Positions 1 through 9,511 of a stretch of DNA of 64,000 nt are shown piece by piece. This DNA comes from Candidatus Heimdallarchaeota archaeon (GTDB taxonomy: Archaea; Asgardarchaeota; Heimdallarchaeia; Hodarchaeales; Hodarchaeaceae). Location of the stretch: NCBI GenBank assembly GCA_020353515.1, contig CP070695.1:1170660-1234659 (forward strand). The letters run 5' to 3'. A program made the position numbers and the translations under genes. Each line of letters begins with the position of its first letter. The stretch's first letter is position 1. Under the pieces are notes generated by a model that did not search any database, had not been told where the DNA came from, and saw nothing but the letters and a program-made list of their open reading frames with translations.

Positions 1-1243
1 GGGGCATGTGATATAAAATCTTTATTAAGTGAGTTTCTCCAAGTTTTTGAATTAAAGGAGTTTTCTGTCGGAATGTCATCAAATTTCGTATTTTTCTGAA
101 ATCCTTAAACTGTACTTGTGCTCCATCGCCTTTAAATCGCATTTGGAAGTGATTAATCCCTTTAGGATCAAGTTGAATATTGAAGTTTTCCACAGGAAAG
201 CGAAACTCATAACCTCCCCCATGTGGGGCAAAATTAAGACTACTTAGTGCATTGTATAATCCCATATCTTTAACTCTCTGTCCATGTTCCCATGTATTTA
301 AAAATTCAGCTCTCAGATTTGGGTTGATTTTTGCGGCAATCAAACCTTCTTCTGGATTAAAGGCGATAGGAACGGTGCCATCATGTATCTGAGTCCCAGT
401 CAAATGAAGTTTACCGTTTTTTCTTAAACCCTGATGAGTAATTTTTTCTAATAATCTCCATTCTTGTTGATCAGTGAATATATCGTTCATCGTGACATCT
501 CTATTATTAGCATTAACCTGATTCGTATATTCGTAATTTTTAAGGTATAGCTCTCTAGCTTCCCCTTCTAAGAAGATAACATCATCATGAGGAGTCTGAA
601 CTATGTGATAACCTTCAATTTGGTTTAGCCAAAGGTGAGGATAATAAAGAAAATCAATACCAACATGTCCAGAGCAATGTACAACAACAAAACGTCTCCC
701 TGTATCCTCTCCTGAGATGGGATCTTTGACATAATAAATTGCTGAAAAATGGTTTCCTTTTCCCAATTGATTGAGTTGATCCTTGCCTAGTCTTTTCTGA
801 GTAGTACTGACTAATCTGATTAATTTATCATCTGGCAGGGGATCTATTAATTCATAAAGACTATATCCACAACCATTGGGCATTGAATTGTTTGTGGCAA
901 GTAGTCCATCAAAATCCATATCAAGAATAGCACCATAAGCAAATCCACGTTTGGTTCGAGTACTATTGAAGCTACAGGTACCATCAGGCGCAAAAATGAC
1001 AAATGGGTTAGCAGTCTCAATATCAGCACCTAATTCATTTACTCCATACAAGACTTTAGCAAAACCAATATTCATGATCTTAAGGGCTATGTGAGCTACT
1101 CGATTACCTACTGCTACTGAAAATAATCTTTCTTCCGCTAAAGCTAACCATTTTTCGAATTTTGTGTCTAATCCAGTATACTTAAAATCTTGGATTGCTT
1201 CAGAAGATGTGACTTCGGACGCAATATTATAGCTCAATACCAT
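1..1243 (-). CDS. Divergent RtcB-family RNA ligase-like protein (3' end runs off the window; >=414 aa)
   Basis: Hand translation from ATG 1243 (MVLSYNIASEV...) is open to base 1. RtcB motifs occur in order: FAPDG..GFAYG, PNGCG, QLGKGNHF, VVHCSG, ANNR, ITHQG, APHGGG. Absent from the ORF track. Confidence 0.8.
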   Translation of the reverse strand, partial: MVLSYNIASEVTSSEAIQDFKYTGLDTKFEKWLALAEERLFSVAVGNRVAHIALKIMNIGFAKVLYGVNELGADIETANPFVIFAPDGTCSFNSTRTKRGFAYGAILDMDFDGLLATNNSMPNGCGYSLYELIDPLPDDKLIRLVSTTQKRLGKDQLNQLGKGNHFSAIYYVKDPISGEDTGRRFVVVHCSGHVGIDFLYYPHLWLNQIEGYHIVQTPHDDVIFLEGEARELYLKNYEYTNQVNANNRDVTMNDIFTDQQEWRLLEKITHQGLRKNGKLHLTGTQIHDGTVPIAFNPEEGLIAAKINPNLRAEFLNTWEHGQRVKDMGLYNALSSLNFAPHGGGYEFRFPVENFNIQLDPKGINHFQMRFKGDGAQVQFKDFRKIRNLMTFRQKTPLIQKLGETHLIKILYHMP

Positions 1244-1789
1244 CTTTCACACTAATCCACAACGAGAGAAGAACATAGCATTTAATATTCTCAATCATAA
1301 CTATATAGACTTGTAGAAGTATTTTTTTAAATTAGCTTCTGCTATTATCGTAATGTCTGATGGTGTTTTGTTTTAACAAAAATTCAAAGAAAGGACAAAA
1401 ATCCTTTTTCAATGAAATCAATAATTCTTCAAAGTATAATTAACTCTGAGAAGATTTTCACGAATAATTAGAAGTACGCCGTATTCCTGAATTTAGAATA
1501 ATTGTTTTTTTTATAGCATAACGACTTTTCATCAAAAGTAGCTTGTAAATTGATTAGCTGCAAATCACTCTGTAATTAATTTTTATCTTATTTTATGTAA
1601 AATTCTGGCTGGTTTGACGATATTTAGGAAAGGTTACTAATTAGGAAAATAAGGGTGACGATAACATTCAGCAATCATATTTTCGCGATAAGATTTAGGC
1701 GGATTTTCTGATTTCCACTCAAAGTCTTCTTTATCTTCAGAAAGTCTATAGGTACGTTTTCGCTTTCAATTCTATTAATTATCTATGAG

Positions 1790-1978
1790 TTGGGCGATAT
1801 TGTACCCCCTGTCATTGCATGGATAGGAATTGTGGCTAGTGTTATTGTTGGTATCTATTATGGAATTAAACTAGTAAGACCTAATTATGAAGGGATCCTA
1901 GCTCTAGGTGGACTGTTGGCGATTCTATTTGAAATTCTTATTGGATGTTGGCTATTATTATTTGGTTTCATCTCATAG
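1790..1978 (+). CDS. Small hypothetical membrane protein (2 TM)
   Basis: 62-aa ORF, TTG start, two clear hydrophobic helices. Confidence 0.45.
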   Translation: MGDIVPPVIAWIGIVASVIVGIYYGIKLVRPNYEGILALGGLLAILFEILIGCWLLLFGFIS

Positions 1979-2243
1979 TGGGATGATTGTTGGTATTTTA
2001 TAATACACGAACCTCGTTGGAAATTAGACATTTCTTATGGAAAAATTACATAAAATTCGTTTTACGAACCCAAATTAGATCGTCTTTTTCTTACTCTAAT
2101 AATCTATGCGATCCATTCCGTGTTCGCTTTATGAAAAATTTTTTATATTTGAACATTCTTGTCTATATGGATTTTTGGACTTGTGGCTTGACTCAAGCCA
2201 GATGGAGTAAACATAAAAATACTCTAATTTAGAGAATTTGATT

Positions 2244-2271
2244 GGGCAGGTAGCTCAGCCTGGCTAGAGTG
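2244..2271 (+). tRNA. Isolated tRNA 5' fragment (acceptor 5' strand plus D-arm, about positions 1-26); isotype undeterminable
   Basis: GGGCAGG-TA-GCTC-AGCCTGGCTA-GAGT-G matches archaeal tRNA 5' ends (U8, A9, D-stem, GG in D-loop). It is followed directly by an A-tract, with no anticodon or T-arm. Confidence 0.7.
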
Positions 2272-2311
2272 TTATAAAAAAAAAGAGAAAAAGTAGAATT
2301 AATGGATTTCT

Positions 2312-4708
2312 TTAGCCTATAATTCGACTTACTGTTTCTTCGGAGATCGACGCACGGAACAGTGATCGGAGTGAGAGATATGTTGCTATGACAATTCCGA
2401 GACACACATTCGCAACTGATATACCAATGCTGATGGGAGAGAGCTCAAAAATTAGGATCACACCAAATATCGCTGCCCAATCATACACTAGATTTATCAT
2501 AAGAATACTGCAAATGAAGCCAAAAACTATACCACCAATCCCAGTGATAACCAGTTCTAGCAGGATAGTAGTAAATATCTCCTTGTTTGAAACTCCTAGT
2601 GCTCTAAAATTGATGAAATCGTATTTTCGTTCAGAAATCGATATAGAAACTATCGTAACAGCAATAGAGGCTCCAACTAATAAACCAGCAAATAACGCGA
2701 GCCAGATTAATACCATTGTCAAATTGTTAACTAATTCAATAGTCTCTATTAGATCATTCTTGTTAACAACCCTATGTACTTCAGACTCTAATTCTAACTT
2801 TGATGAAAGCTGGTTTGGATCAGAAGCCTTGATATAGAGAGCATTTGAATCATTGTTCTCTAATTGAGCTAACATGCGTGCAGTGCTAATCGTAGAGTAT
2901 ATCCCTGATCCAGAGAGTTCATTTAAGATATTTCCAATTATTAAGGTATGTTCTTTATCAAAAACTTTAATTTTAATATTATCTCCTGTTTTAACCTTAT
3001 ATTTAAGGGCCAGATCTTTGGTTATTGCAAGCTCTCCTTCTGCTGGGAATATATCATTATCAAAACGCCGCATATCAGAATTAGGCACTAACCCAGTTAA
3101 ACTATATATTCGTGACAAGTCCTGTGAAAATCGAATAGGAACGAGTACAACAGGTTCATTTTCGTTTATCTGGCCTGTATTTTCTTGAAGCAAAGTGGTA
3201 ATTTGGCTTTCATTTTGATAATTGCGAAAAATTACCTGAATATCCCAGTTTTGATGAAAGTTCATTTGCTTATCAAAACCAGAATAATAATTTAACGTAA
3301 CATTTGACCCAAAGAATGATATAAACGTTGCCAGAAAAATACCTGCAAGAATAAAGAAAGATTTTCGCTTATCTTGAAAAATGGAACGAATTGAGAATTT
3401 TGATAAAGGAGAGAGAGAACGGAATTTAGTTGTGATCCTTTCAAATAAGCTTACTTTACCAGGATCAAACTTAGCTTTCGGTTTCATTGCGTCTAAGGGC
3501 CGCATATTGAAGATTTTCCTGATTGCGAACAGGGAACCTATAGTAGTCAAGATACAAGTAAGAAGAAAATAGCTTACGGCAGGAAGTAATGAAACTGGAG
3601 ATATTGCAACAACAGTTGGTAATTTCTTAATCCCCGATAACTCAAAAATCATGTAATCACTTAAACCAATTCCAACAATAGCACCACATACGGAACCAAT
3701 AATCCCACCAATAACACTGATGATTAACGAATAGATCACCGTACTGACTATTAATTCCCGATTTGTGAATCCTAAAGATTTGAAAAGACCCAAGGTTGGA
3801 AGTTCTTCTTCTATAATACGTTTCAAAACAATAAACAGTAAGATAGCAGCGATCCCAGTAAACATTATGGCCATTATAACACCCATACCCAGCAGCTCTA
3901 GACCTATTACTTCGATGTACCAATTTCTTCCCTCAGTTTTTAGCACAGTATCTTCCCCTAATACTGTATATAGTTCCCCTAAAAACAGATTCTTTTTGGA
4001 TGGATCATCAAAATGAAATACCAGTTGATTGGCTTGTACTTCATTATCTGTGATACTCAATAAATCCGTATACCGCATCCAAATAACTGAACCTGACCAA
4101 AAGTCAAAAAATTCTGCTGCTGCCGCTCCAGGTGCTACCATATACTCTGGTGAATCAACATGCGCTATTGTACTCACCATGAAAGGTTCTACACCTTCAA
4201 TATCAGTTGAAATTATGAGAGATCCACCCACTTGCCAATCATTGAGTTCAGCCGTAAATTGGTCGACTACTGATACATTTGGCGATCCAGATTCATAGAG
4301 TGTTTCAATAGCACCTGAATGATAATATAACGTATTTACAGCTGAAGGACGAGAGCCATTTACTCCGTAAAGGCGAGTAGTAACCCAAGAGTCTCCTGCA
4401 CTACTAACTTTTACTTCAACAAACGATCGAACTTCGAAATCAGGATCTAAGCCTGAATTTGTTTTAGCTTCATTCACCAGTTGTGATAATTTTCCCGCAT
4501 CCATAGGGGTAACAGTTACAAGAAGATGATGGTAATTTTGGTTTCCCCAAGAAGCATTTGTAGCTTCATACCATGTAAGATAAATATTGCTATACATGAT
4601 AGAGGCTATACCACCTATGATAATGACAATGAATATTGGAATAGATCTAATTTTCTTTCGTTTTAAATCTCTCCAAGCTTTTAGAAAGAATAACTTCATT
4701 TTAAACAC
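2312..4708 (-). CDS. FtsX/MacB-family ABC transporter permease
   Basis: Two FtsX-type TM blocks (LGLFKSLGF, FRALGVS) separated by large extracytoplasmic loops; directly downstream of the ATPase. Probable start ATG 4699. Confidence 0.9.
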   Translation of the reverse strand: MFKMKLFFLKAWRDLKRKKIRSIPIFIVIIIGGIASIMYSNIYLTWYEATNASWGNQNYHHLLVTVTPMDAGKLSQLVNEAKTNSGLDPDFEVRSFVEVKVSSAGDSWVTTRLYGVNGSRPSAVNTLYYHSGAIETLYESGSPNVSVVDQFTAELNDWQVGGSLIISTDIEGVEPFMVSTIAHVDSPEYMVAPGAAAAEFFDFWSGSVIWMRYTDLLSITDNEVQANQLVFHFDDPSKKNLFLGELYTVLGEDTVLKTEGRNWYIEVIGLELLGMGVIMAIMFTGIAAILLFIVLKRIIEEELPTLGLFKSLGFTNRELIVSTVIYSLIISVIGGIIGSVCGAIVGIGLSDYMIFELSGIKKLPTVVAISPVSLLPAVSYFLLTCILTTIGSLFAIRKIFNMRPLDAMKPKAKFDPGKVSLFERITTKFRSLSPLSKFSIRSIFQDKRKSFFILAGIFLATFISFFGSNVTLNYYSGFDKQMNFHQNWDIQVIFRNYQNESQITTLLQENTGQINENEPVVLVPIRFSQDLSRIYSLTGLVPNSDMRRFDNDIFPAEGELAITKDLALKYKVKTGDNIKIKVFDKEHTLIIGNILNELSGSGIYSTISTARMLAQLENNDSNALYIKASDPNQLSSKLELESEVHRVVNKNDLIETIELVNNLTMVLIWLALFAGLLVGASIAVTIVSISISERKYDFINFRALGVSNKEIFTTILLELVITGIGGIVFGFICSILMINLVYDWAAIFGVILIFELSPISIGISVANVCLGIVIATYLSLRSLFRASISEETVSRIIG

Positions 4709-4716
4709 CTATTAAG

Positions 4717-5457
4717 TTATACTTTTTCAATAGCTGGAGCTGCTGTGAGTGTTTCCCAAAATTCTTCTTCTTTGGCTGGATCATATACAGAAGTTCCGAA
4801 TATTTTACCATCACGTAAATAAATGACTTTATCAGCTAGATATGAGATACCGACGTTGTGTGTTATTAATATCATTGTAACATGGTGATCTTTGTTGATT
4901 TGTTTAAGTAATTTCAATATTTTGCCTGTTGTTTCACTGTCGATGTTTCCCGTTGGTTCATCAGCTAATAATATCTTGGGTTTCTTAGCTAATGCCCTTG
5001 CAATGGCTACTCGCTGCTGTTCACCACCACTAAGCTGAGCTGGAAATTTGTTACTCTTATCCCCTAAACCAACTACATCCAATAACTCTTTTGTTATTTT
5101 ACTTGCTTCATCTGAGGAATTAGTGAGTTTAGCTGCTAGCTCCACATTCTCGAATGCAGTAAGAGAGGCAACAAGGTTATAGAACTGGAAAATAAACCCT
5201 ACATTCCCTCTACGATATTGTGTAAGCTTTTTTTCAGAAAGAGAAGCCAATTCTAACCCATTAAAGTGGATTTTCCCTTTAGATGGACGATCCAGGGCTC
5301 CAATAAGGTTCAGAAAAGTCGTTTTTCCTGAACCTGAAGGGCCTAAAATCACAATGAAATCTCCTTCTTCAATGGAAATAGTGATCTCTTGAAGAGCGGG
5401 TACGGTTAACTCGCCCATAACATAATCTTTTGACAAATCTTCTATTTGTATTGACAT
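4717..5457 (-). CDS. LolD/MacB-type ABC transporter ATP-binding protein
   Basis: [34 protein letters not shown] 5457 has an upstream GGTG SD. Confidence 0.95.
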   Translation of the reverse strand: MSIQIEDLSKDYVMGELTVPALQEITISIEEGDFIVILGPSGSGKTTFLNLIGALDRPSKGKIHFNGLELASLSEKKLTQYRRGNVGFIFQFYNLVASLTAFENVELAAKLTNSSDEASKITKELLDVVGLGDKSNKFPAQLSGGEQQRVAIARALAKKPKILLADEPTGNIDSETTGKILKLLKQINKDHHVTMILITHNVGISYLADKVIYLRDGKIFGTSVYDPAKEEEFWETLTAAPAIEKV

Positions 5458-5539
5458 GGTTTTACACCAGGTAGCCATTTTGTTAATAATTCTTATATTT
5501 AATAGGAAAACAAGGGTTATATACCTATAAAACCTAGGT

Positions 5540-5647
5540 GGTTGAGTAGGTAAAGAACTGTACCTGAAGAATCCATAATTTCATTTTATGGGTAGTATTT
5601 TCGTGAATATAAGCATATTCAGGGTAAACACCTGTATACCCTCAACC
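5540..5647. other. Intergenic nested inverted-repeat element (candidate structured RNA or MITE-like relic)
   Basis: GGTTGAG(TA)GGTA at 5540-5552 pairs with TACCCTCAACC at 5637-5647; internal hairpins CCATAA/TTATGG and TGAATAT/ATATTCA. Confidence 0.4.
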
Positions 5648-5710
5648 TTTGAACTGACTGGAAAAATACATATGATGATAAAAAACGTCACAAGGAGAAA
5701 TGAAAGTGCT

Positions 5711-6352
5711 TCAAGTTATAAGTATAAGCCCCATCAAAGTCCCATGAGGGATAGATTCTGGTTTAGCATCACTCCCGATTGGATAGATATCCCATCCAAG
5801 TTTTGCAGCCAATCGATAACAATCAATCCCAACTGCTTCCATACTAGGCCTTGCTTTTAATGTAAACCTGCATTTCTGTCCCAGTAAGACAGCACAATCA
5901 TCTTTCCAACAATATGTAGACTTACATGAGCCTGCTCCAAAACCGACTGATAAATAATAACCATCGTAAAAAGCAGTACTTTCAATTTTATTGACAATCT
6001 CGAAGGTCTTTTGATATGCTCCCACTCGTTCTTTAACGGTTTCTTTGTTTCTTACAATAACTTTGGGAGGAACTTCGCATTTAAAGGTAATTGCCCATTT
6101 GTATTGAGCCACATACCTTCGTGTATCCTCTGGTTTAATGCTGTGAGGGGGACAATTAGCACAAACACCATATCCGAAGCATTTTGGAATAATACATTTC
6201 AAGACAACACGGTCATCAACAGGAATATGACTGGTTTGGATATACTTGGCATCACTGGCGCCAAGTTCCTTGGCAAGTGAACAATATTTTTCTAGATCCT
6301 TTAAAACCTCTTCATCTGAAATATCCAAGCGGATTTTCTCCACATCTGCCAT
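5711..6352 (-). CDS. DUF2284-family predicted metal-binding protein
   Basis: C-x4-C-x2-YG-x4-CPP, GAGSC..C..C..C and RPSMEAVGID motifs. Confidence 0.85.
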   Translation of the reverse strand: MADVEKIRLDISDEEVLKDLEKYCSLAKELGASDAKYIQTSHIPVDDRVVLKCIIPKCFGYGVCANCPPHSIKPEDTRRYVAQYKWAITFKCEVPPKVIVRNKETVKERVGAYQKTFEIVNKIESTAFYDGYYLSVGFGAGSCKSTYCWKDDCAVLLGQKCRFTLKARPSMEAVGIDCYRLAAKLGWDIYPIGSDAKPESIPHGTLMGLILIT

Positions 6353-6461
6353 GTTTTCACCTCACTTTTCTTAACTCCAGCTTTCTAAAACGAAGATAAT
6401 AACTATTACTCACTAAATCAACAATTAAAAAGAAAGGGAGTCGGTCTCTCCTTAAAAGAAA

Positions 6462-6650
6462 TTCACCAACTTCTTCTTCCATATACACCCCTATGCCATA
6501 AAAGGCATAAAATATCATAAAACCGAGATAGATGATGAACAAGGCCGCATTCGCATGATACTGGTCTCTCACAGCAGGGTATTTCAACTCTAATCTTCCA
6601 GGCAACTTATCCATTGGAGCACGAGAACGTGAGAGTTTATCAGAAAACTT
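6462..6650 (-). pseudogene. Gene relic: internal fragment paralogous to the ABC-2 permease at 11161-12882
   Basis: MDKLPGRLELKYPAVRDQYHANAALFIIYLGFMIFYAFY vs MDKLLGRLGWKYPAVRDQFHASAALFIIYLGFMIFYAFY. DNA is colinear with ~11857-12046; the flanks are unrelated. Confidence 0.85.
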
Positions 6651-6765
6651 AATCTACGTTTCCTAATGGAAGAAGTTATCAAAGATATCGAAACCAAAAG
6701 ACAAATTACGAAAGTAGCGGCTTTAACTTTGAGATGATTTTTTATCTTTTAAAAAAGAAGAGAAG

Positions 6766-6782
6766 GGTCACTCTTAGTGACC
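6766..6782 (-). terminator. Hairpin plus pyrimidine/T tract downstream of the repeat-protein gene
   Basis: GGTCACT-CTT-AGTGACC 7-bp stem 18 nt after the stop; on the minus strand followed by CTTCTCTTCTTTTTT. Confidence 0.55.
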
Positions 6783-6800
6783 GCTTTTCCTAATTTCATA

Positions 6801-9029
6801 TTACGATGGATTGGAACCACTGTTAAACTGAATATCTAGGATGGCTTCAATAGAGCCCATTCCTATGGCAGTAGTGACCATGATCCCTTCAGGGTTCATA
6901 TTGAAATTCGTGGAGACCTCAATACTGTCAAAATTGCTGTTCACCTCTACATCGGAGTTGAATTCAAAGCTGTCAGTAATTATGTTCATTTCTGTAGTAG
7001 TTAGAACAACACTAGAAGGAGTACTTAATTCAAAATCTGTAGTGATCTGAAGGCCATCTTCAGAGGTACTAAGTTTAATACTAATGATAACTTCCATCTC
7101 TTCATCGAAACTACTCTCCAAGCCGAAATTCATGGCAACTTCAAGGTTATTGGTTCCTAAACTGATGTCTGCAGTGACTTCGATACCTTCAGGGCTAAAT
7201 TTGATATTTGTGTTTACATCGATCTCACTATCAGAACCCAGCTTAATATCTGTTGTGAAATCGAAATTCTCTGGGCTTAATGTTACTCTTAAAGTAACTT
7301 CAACGTCAACATCGCTAATAGGCTCAGGAATACAGAGTGTTTTGATGTATACCTCAAGTGCATTTAAGGAGTTATACGTCCCCAACCAAATGTCTTCGTA
7401 TTGTGGATTGGGAAATAAATCAAGACTGCCTGTCACTCTACCATAAGCAGCTTGTCCTTGATCTGTGGTTAGTTCACCCTCACTATCAAACCATTCCTCG
7501 AGCATATAGGGGTTATCCATATCAGTGTTTGGATCCCAATCGATGTTTATTGCTGCTTGAGCTCCTTCGAAATTAGGATCGAATTCATACACCCAGCTGA
7601 TCCAAACTTTTTTAGAGGGATTTTCATTATCTAAATTAGCTATTCGAACATACCACTGGCCTGGTTGGTCAAGTACAGTTCGTTCTGCCTCATAAGACCA
7701 AGTAGGAATATCACCGATCGCTTTATCCCACCCTGGTATGGGAGTACTGTCTCCAGGATTGAGGGGGTCATCAAAGATCCAGCCTAGTTGAACCTGTGCA
7801 TCCTCATGCCAATCAGGTAACGTTCCTGGACCTATTGTTACAGGTTCAATCTCCTCAACACAAAGTGTTTTGATGTACACTTCTACTGCATTCTTAGAAC
7901 CACCATAGACTCCTAACCAGACGTCTTCATATTGGGGATTAGGGTATAAGTCGAGACTATGCGTTACTCGAGCATGAGTTGCTTGTAAATAATCCGTGGT
8001 TAGTTCACCATCACTATCGAACCATTCCTCTAGATACTGAACATTTTCATGGCCAGAGTCAGGATACCATTCAATGTTAGTAGCTGAACGAATTCCTTCA
8101 ATGTAAGTATCGAATTCATACACCCAGCTGATCCAGAATTTCTTAGATGGATGATCATTGACTAGATTAGGAATACGGATGTACCACTGTGCAGGGTGAT
8201 CATATACAGTGCCGTCAGGATCATAAGTCCAAGTAGGAATTTCACCTATCGCTATATCCCACCCTGTTAAGGGAGTACTGTCTCCAGGATTGAGGGGGTC
8301 ATCAAAGATCCAACCTAGTTGAACCTGTGCATCCTCATGCCAGTCTGGTAATGTTCCTGGGCCTATTCCTTCGGGAATAATTTCTTCAACGCAGAGTGTT
8401 ATGATGTATACTTCTAGGGCATTCTTAGTCCCACCATAAACTCCAAGCCAGACATCTTCATATTGGGGGTTGGGGTACATATCAAGATACAAAGTGACTC
8501 GAGCATAAGCCGCCTGTAAATGATCTGTGGTGGGATCACCATTAACATCAAACCATTCTTCGAGATACTGAGGATCTCCACTATCAGTGGCAGGATACCA
8601 ATTAATGTTAGTTGCAGAACGATCTCCTTCGTAGTAAGAATCGAACTCATAGATCCAGCTGATCCAGAATTTCTTAGATGGATGATCATTGACTAGATTA
8701 GGAATACGGATGTACCACTGCGCAGGGTGATCATATACAGTACCGTCAGGATCATAAGTCCAAACAGGAATATCTCCAACCGCTGTATTCCATTCAGGTA
8801 GGGGTTCACTGCCTCCAGGATTGAGGGGGTCATCAAAGATCCAACCCAGTTGAACCTGTGCATCCATGTACCAATTAGGCAATGTTCCTGGGCCTATTCC
8901 TCCAGCGACACTACCAACTTTAGCATTTATGCTAGGCATAGATGGGAGAATTTTACTTCCCATAAGCATAGGCGCTAAAGAAACAAGTGATATCACGACA
9001 AAAAATTGAAATAATTTTGCTTCTCTCAT
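6801..9029 (-). CDS. Secreted acidic protein with three tandem 177-aa Trp/Pro/Asp-rich repeats and a beta-strand-rich C-terminal domain
   Basis: ATG 9029 with AGGAGG SD; signal-peptide-like N-terminus; repeats begin (G/T)IGPGTLPxWxxDAQVQLGWIFDDPLNPG. Confidence 0.85.
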   Translation of the reverse strand: MREAKLFQFFVVISLVSLAPMLMGSKILPSMPSINAKVGSVAGGIGPGTLPNWYMDAQVQLGWIFDDPLNPGGSEPLPEWNTAVGDIPVWTYDPDGTVYDHPAQWYIRIPNLVNDHPSKKFWISWIYEFDSYYEGDRSATNINWYPATDSGDPQYLEEWFDVNGDPTTDHLQAAYARVTLYLDMYPNPQYEDVWLGVYGGTKNALEVYIITLCVEEIIPEGIGPGTLPDWHEDAQVQLGWIFDDPLNPGDSTPLTGWDIAIGEIPTWTYDPDGTVYDHPAQWYIRIPNLVNDHPSKKFWISWVYEFDTYIEGIRSATNIEWYPDSGHENVQYLEEWFDSDGELTTDYLQATHARVTHSLDLYPNPQYEDVWLGVYGGSKNAVEVYIKTLCVEEIEPVTIGPGTLPDWHEDAQVQLGWIFDDPLNPGDSTPIPGWDKAIGDIPTWSYEAERTVLDQPGQWYVRIANLDNENPSKKVWISWVYEFDPNFEGAQAAINIDWDPNTDMDNPYMLEEWFDSEGELTTDQGQAAYGRVTGSLDLFPNPQYEDIWLGTYNSLNALEVYIKTLCIPEPISDVDVEVTLRVTLSPENFDFTTDIKLGSDSEIDVNTNIKFSPEGIEVTADISLGTNNLEVAMNFGLESSFDEEMEVIISIKLSTSEDGLQITTDFELSTPSSVVLTTTEMNIITDSFEFNSDVEVNSNFDSIEVSTNFNMNPEGIMVTTAIGMGSIEAILDIQFNSGSNPS
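7330..8900 (-). repeat. Three intragenic tandem repeats with a 531-bp period
   Basis: Equivalent positions at 8900, 8369 and 7838; long near-identical DNA blocks between copies. Confidence 0.9.
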
Positions 9030-9511
9030 ATTTCTTCCTCCTTTCAAAAGTGTGAAAGGACTGTAAAATCAACCAAATGGTTCTTAAAAAAGTTTCTTTG
9101 CTTATAAATCAAATATATGTACTATCTTACACCTTTTTTTCGAGTATTCATAGTTTGGATGAACCTTCCTAATGCTAATATTCTACTATTTGTGATTTAG
9201 AGAGTTTTTACATTCTTTTACAATTCGACAAGATTATTTACTAAACGATATCTTGCAAGATTTCCGTTGTACCTGCTGAATTCAATGTAATTTCAATATG
9301 AATTGTAACTCCTAAATGAATTAGCCTAAATTTACCAATCAAAACCCAATTACCTATAAATAAGCCTATTTGGGAATTGAGGTTCTTAGTTCAGCATCAA
9401 GAGAAAGAATAACCTATTTGAATGTTCAATCTACAAGCTTTCCCCTTTTTTTTTACTACTCTTAATATTGATGAATAGCTATTTGCTTGCTTTTTCTTAA
9501 AATTCTGTTGG

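Noticed and set aside
847-1029. 60-aa ORF in the track
   Set aside because: Out-of-frame overlap inside the RtcB-like gene.
1300-1500. Minus-strand fragment KTPSDITIIAEANLKK, reminiscent of a PIN domain
   Set aside because: Too short and broken by stops to support a pseudogene call.
1987-2232. 81-aa ORF
   Set aside because: No recognisable features; region looks like degraded sequence.
2388-4298. Several plus-strand ORFs opposite the permease (and similar antisense or nested ORFs throughout the window)
   Set aside because: Shadow ORFs of well-supported genes.
7330-8900. CRISPR array or diversity-generating retroelement template/variable repeat
   Set aside because: Repeats are in-frame 531-bp coding units, differences are not adenine-specific, and no cas or reverse transcriptase gene is present.
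9250-9261. Perfect palindrome ATCTTGCAAGAT in an intergenic region
   Set aside because: Single short occurrence with no supporting context.
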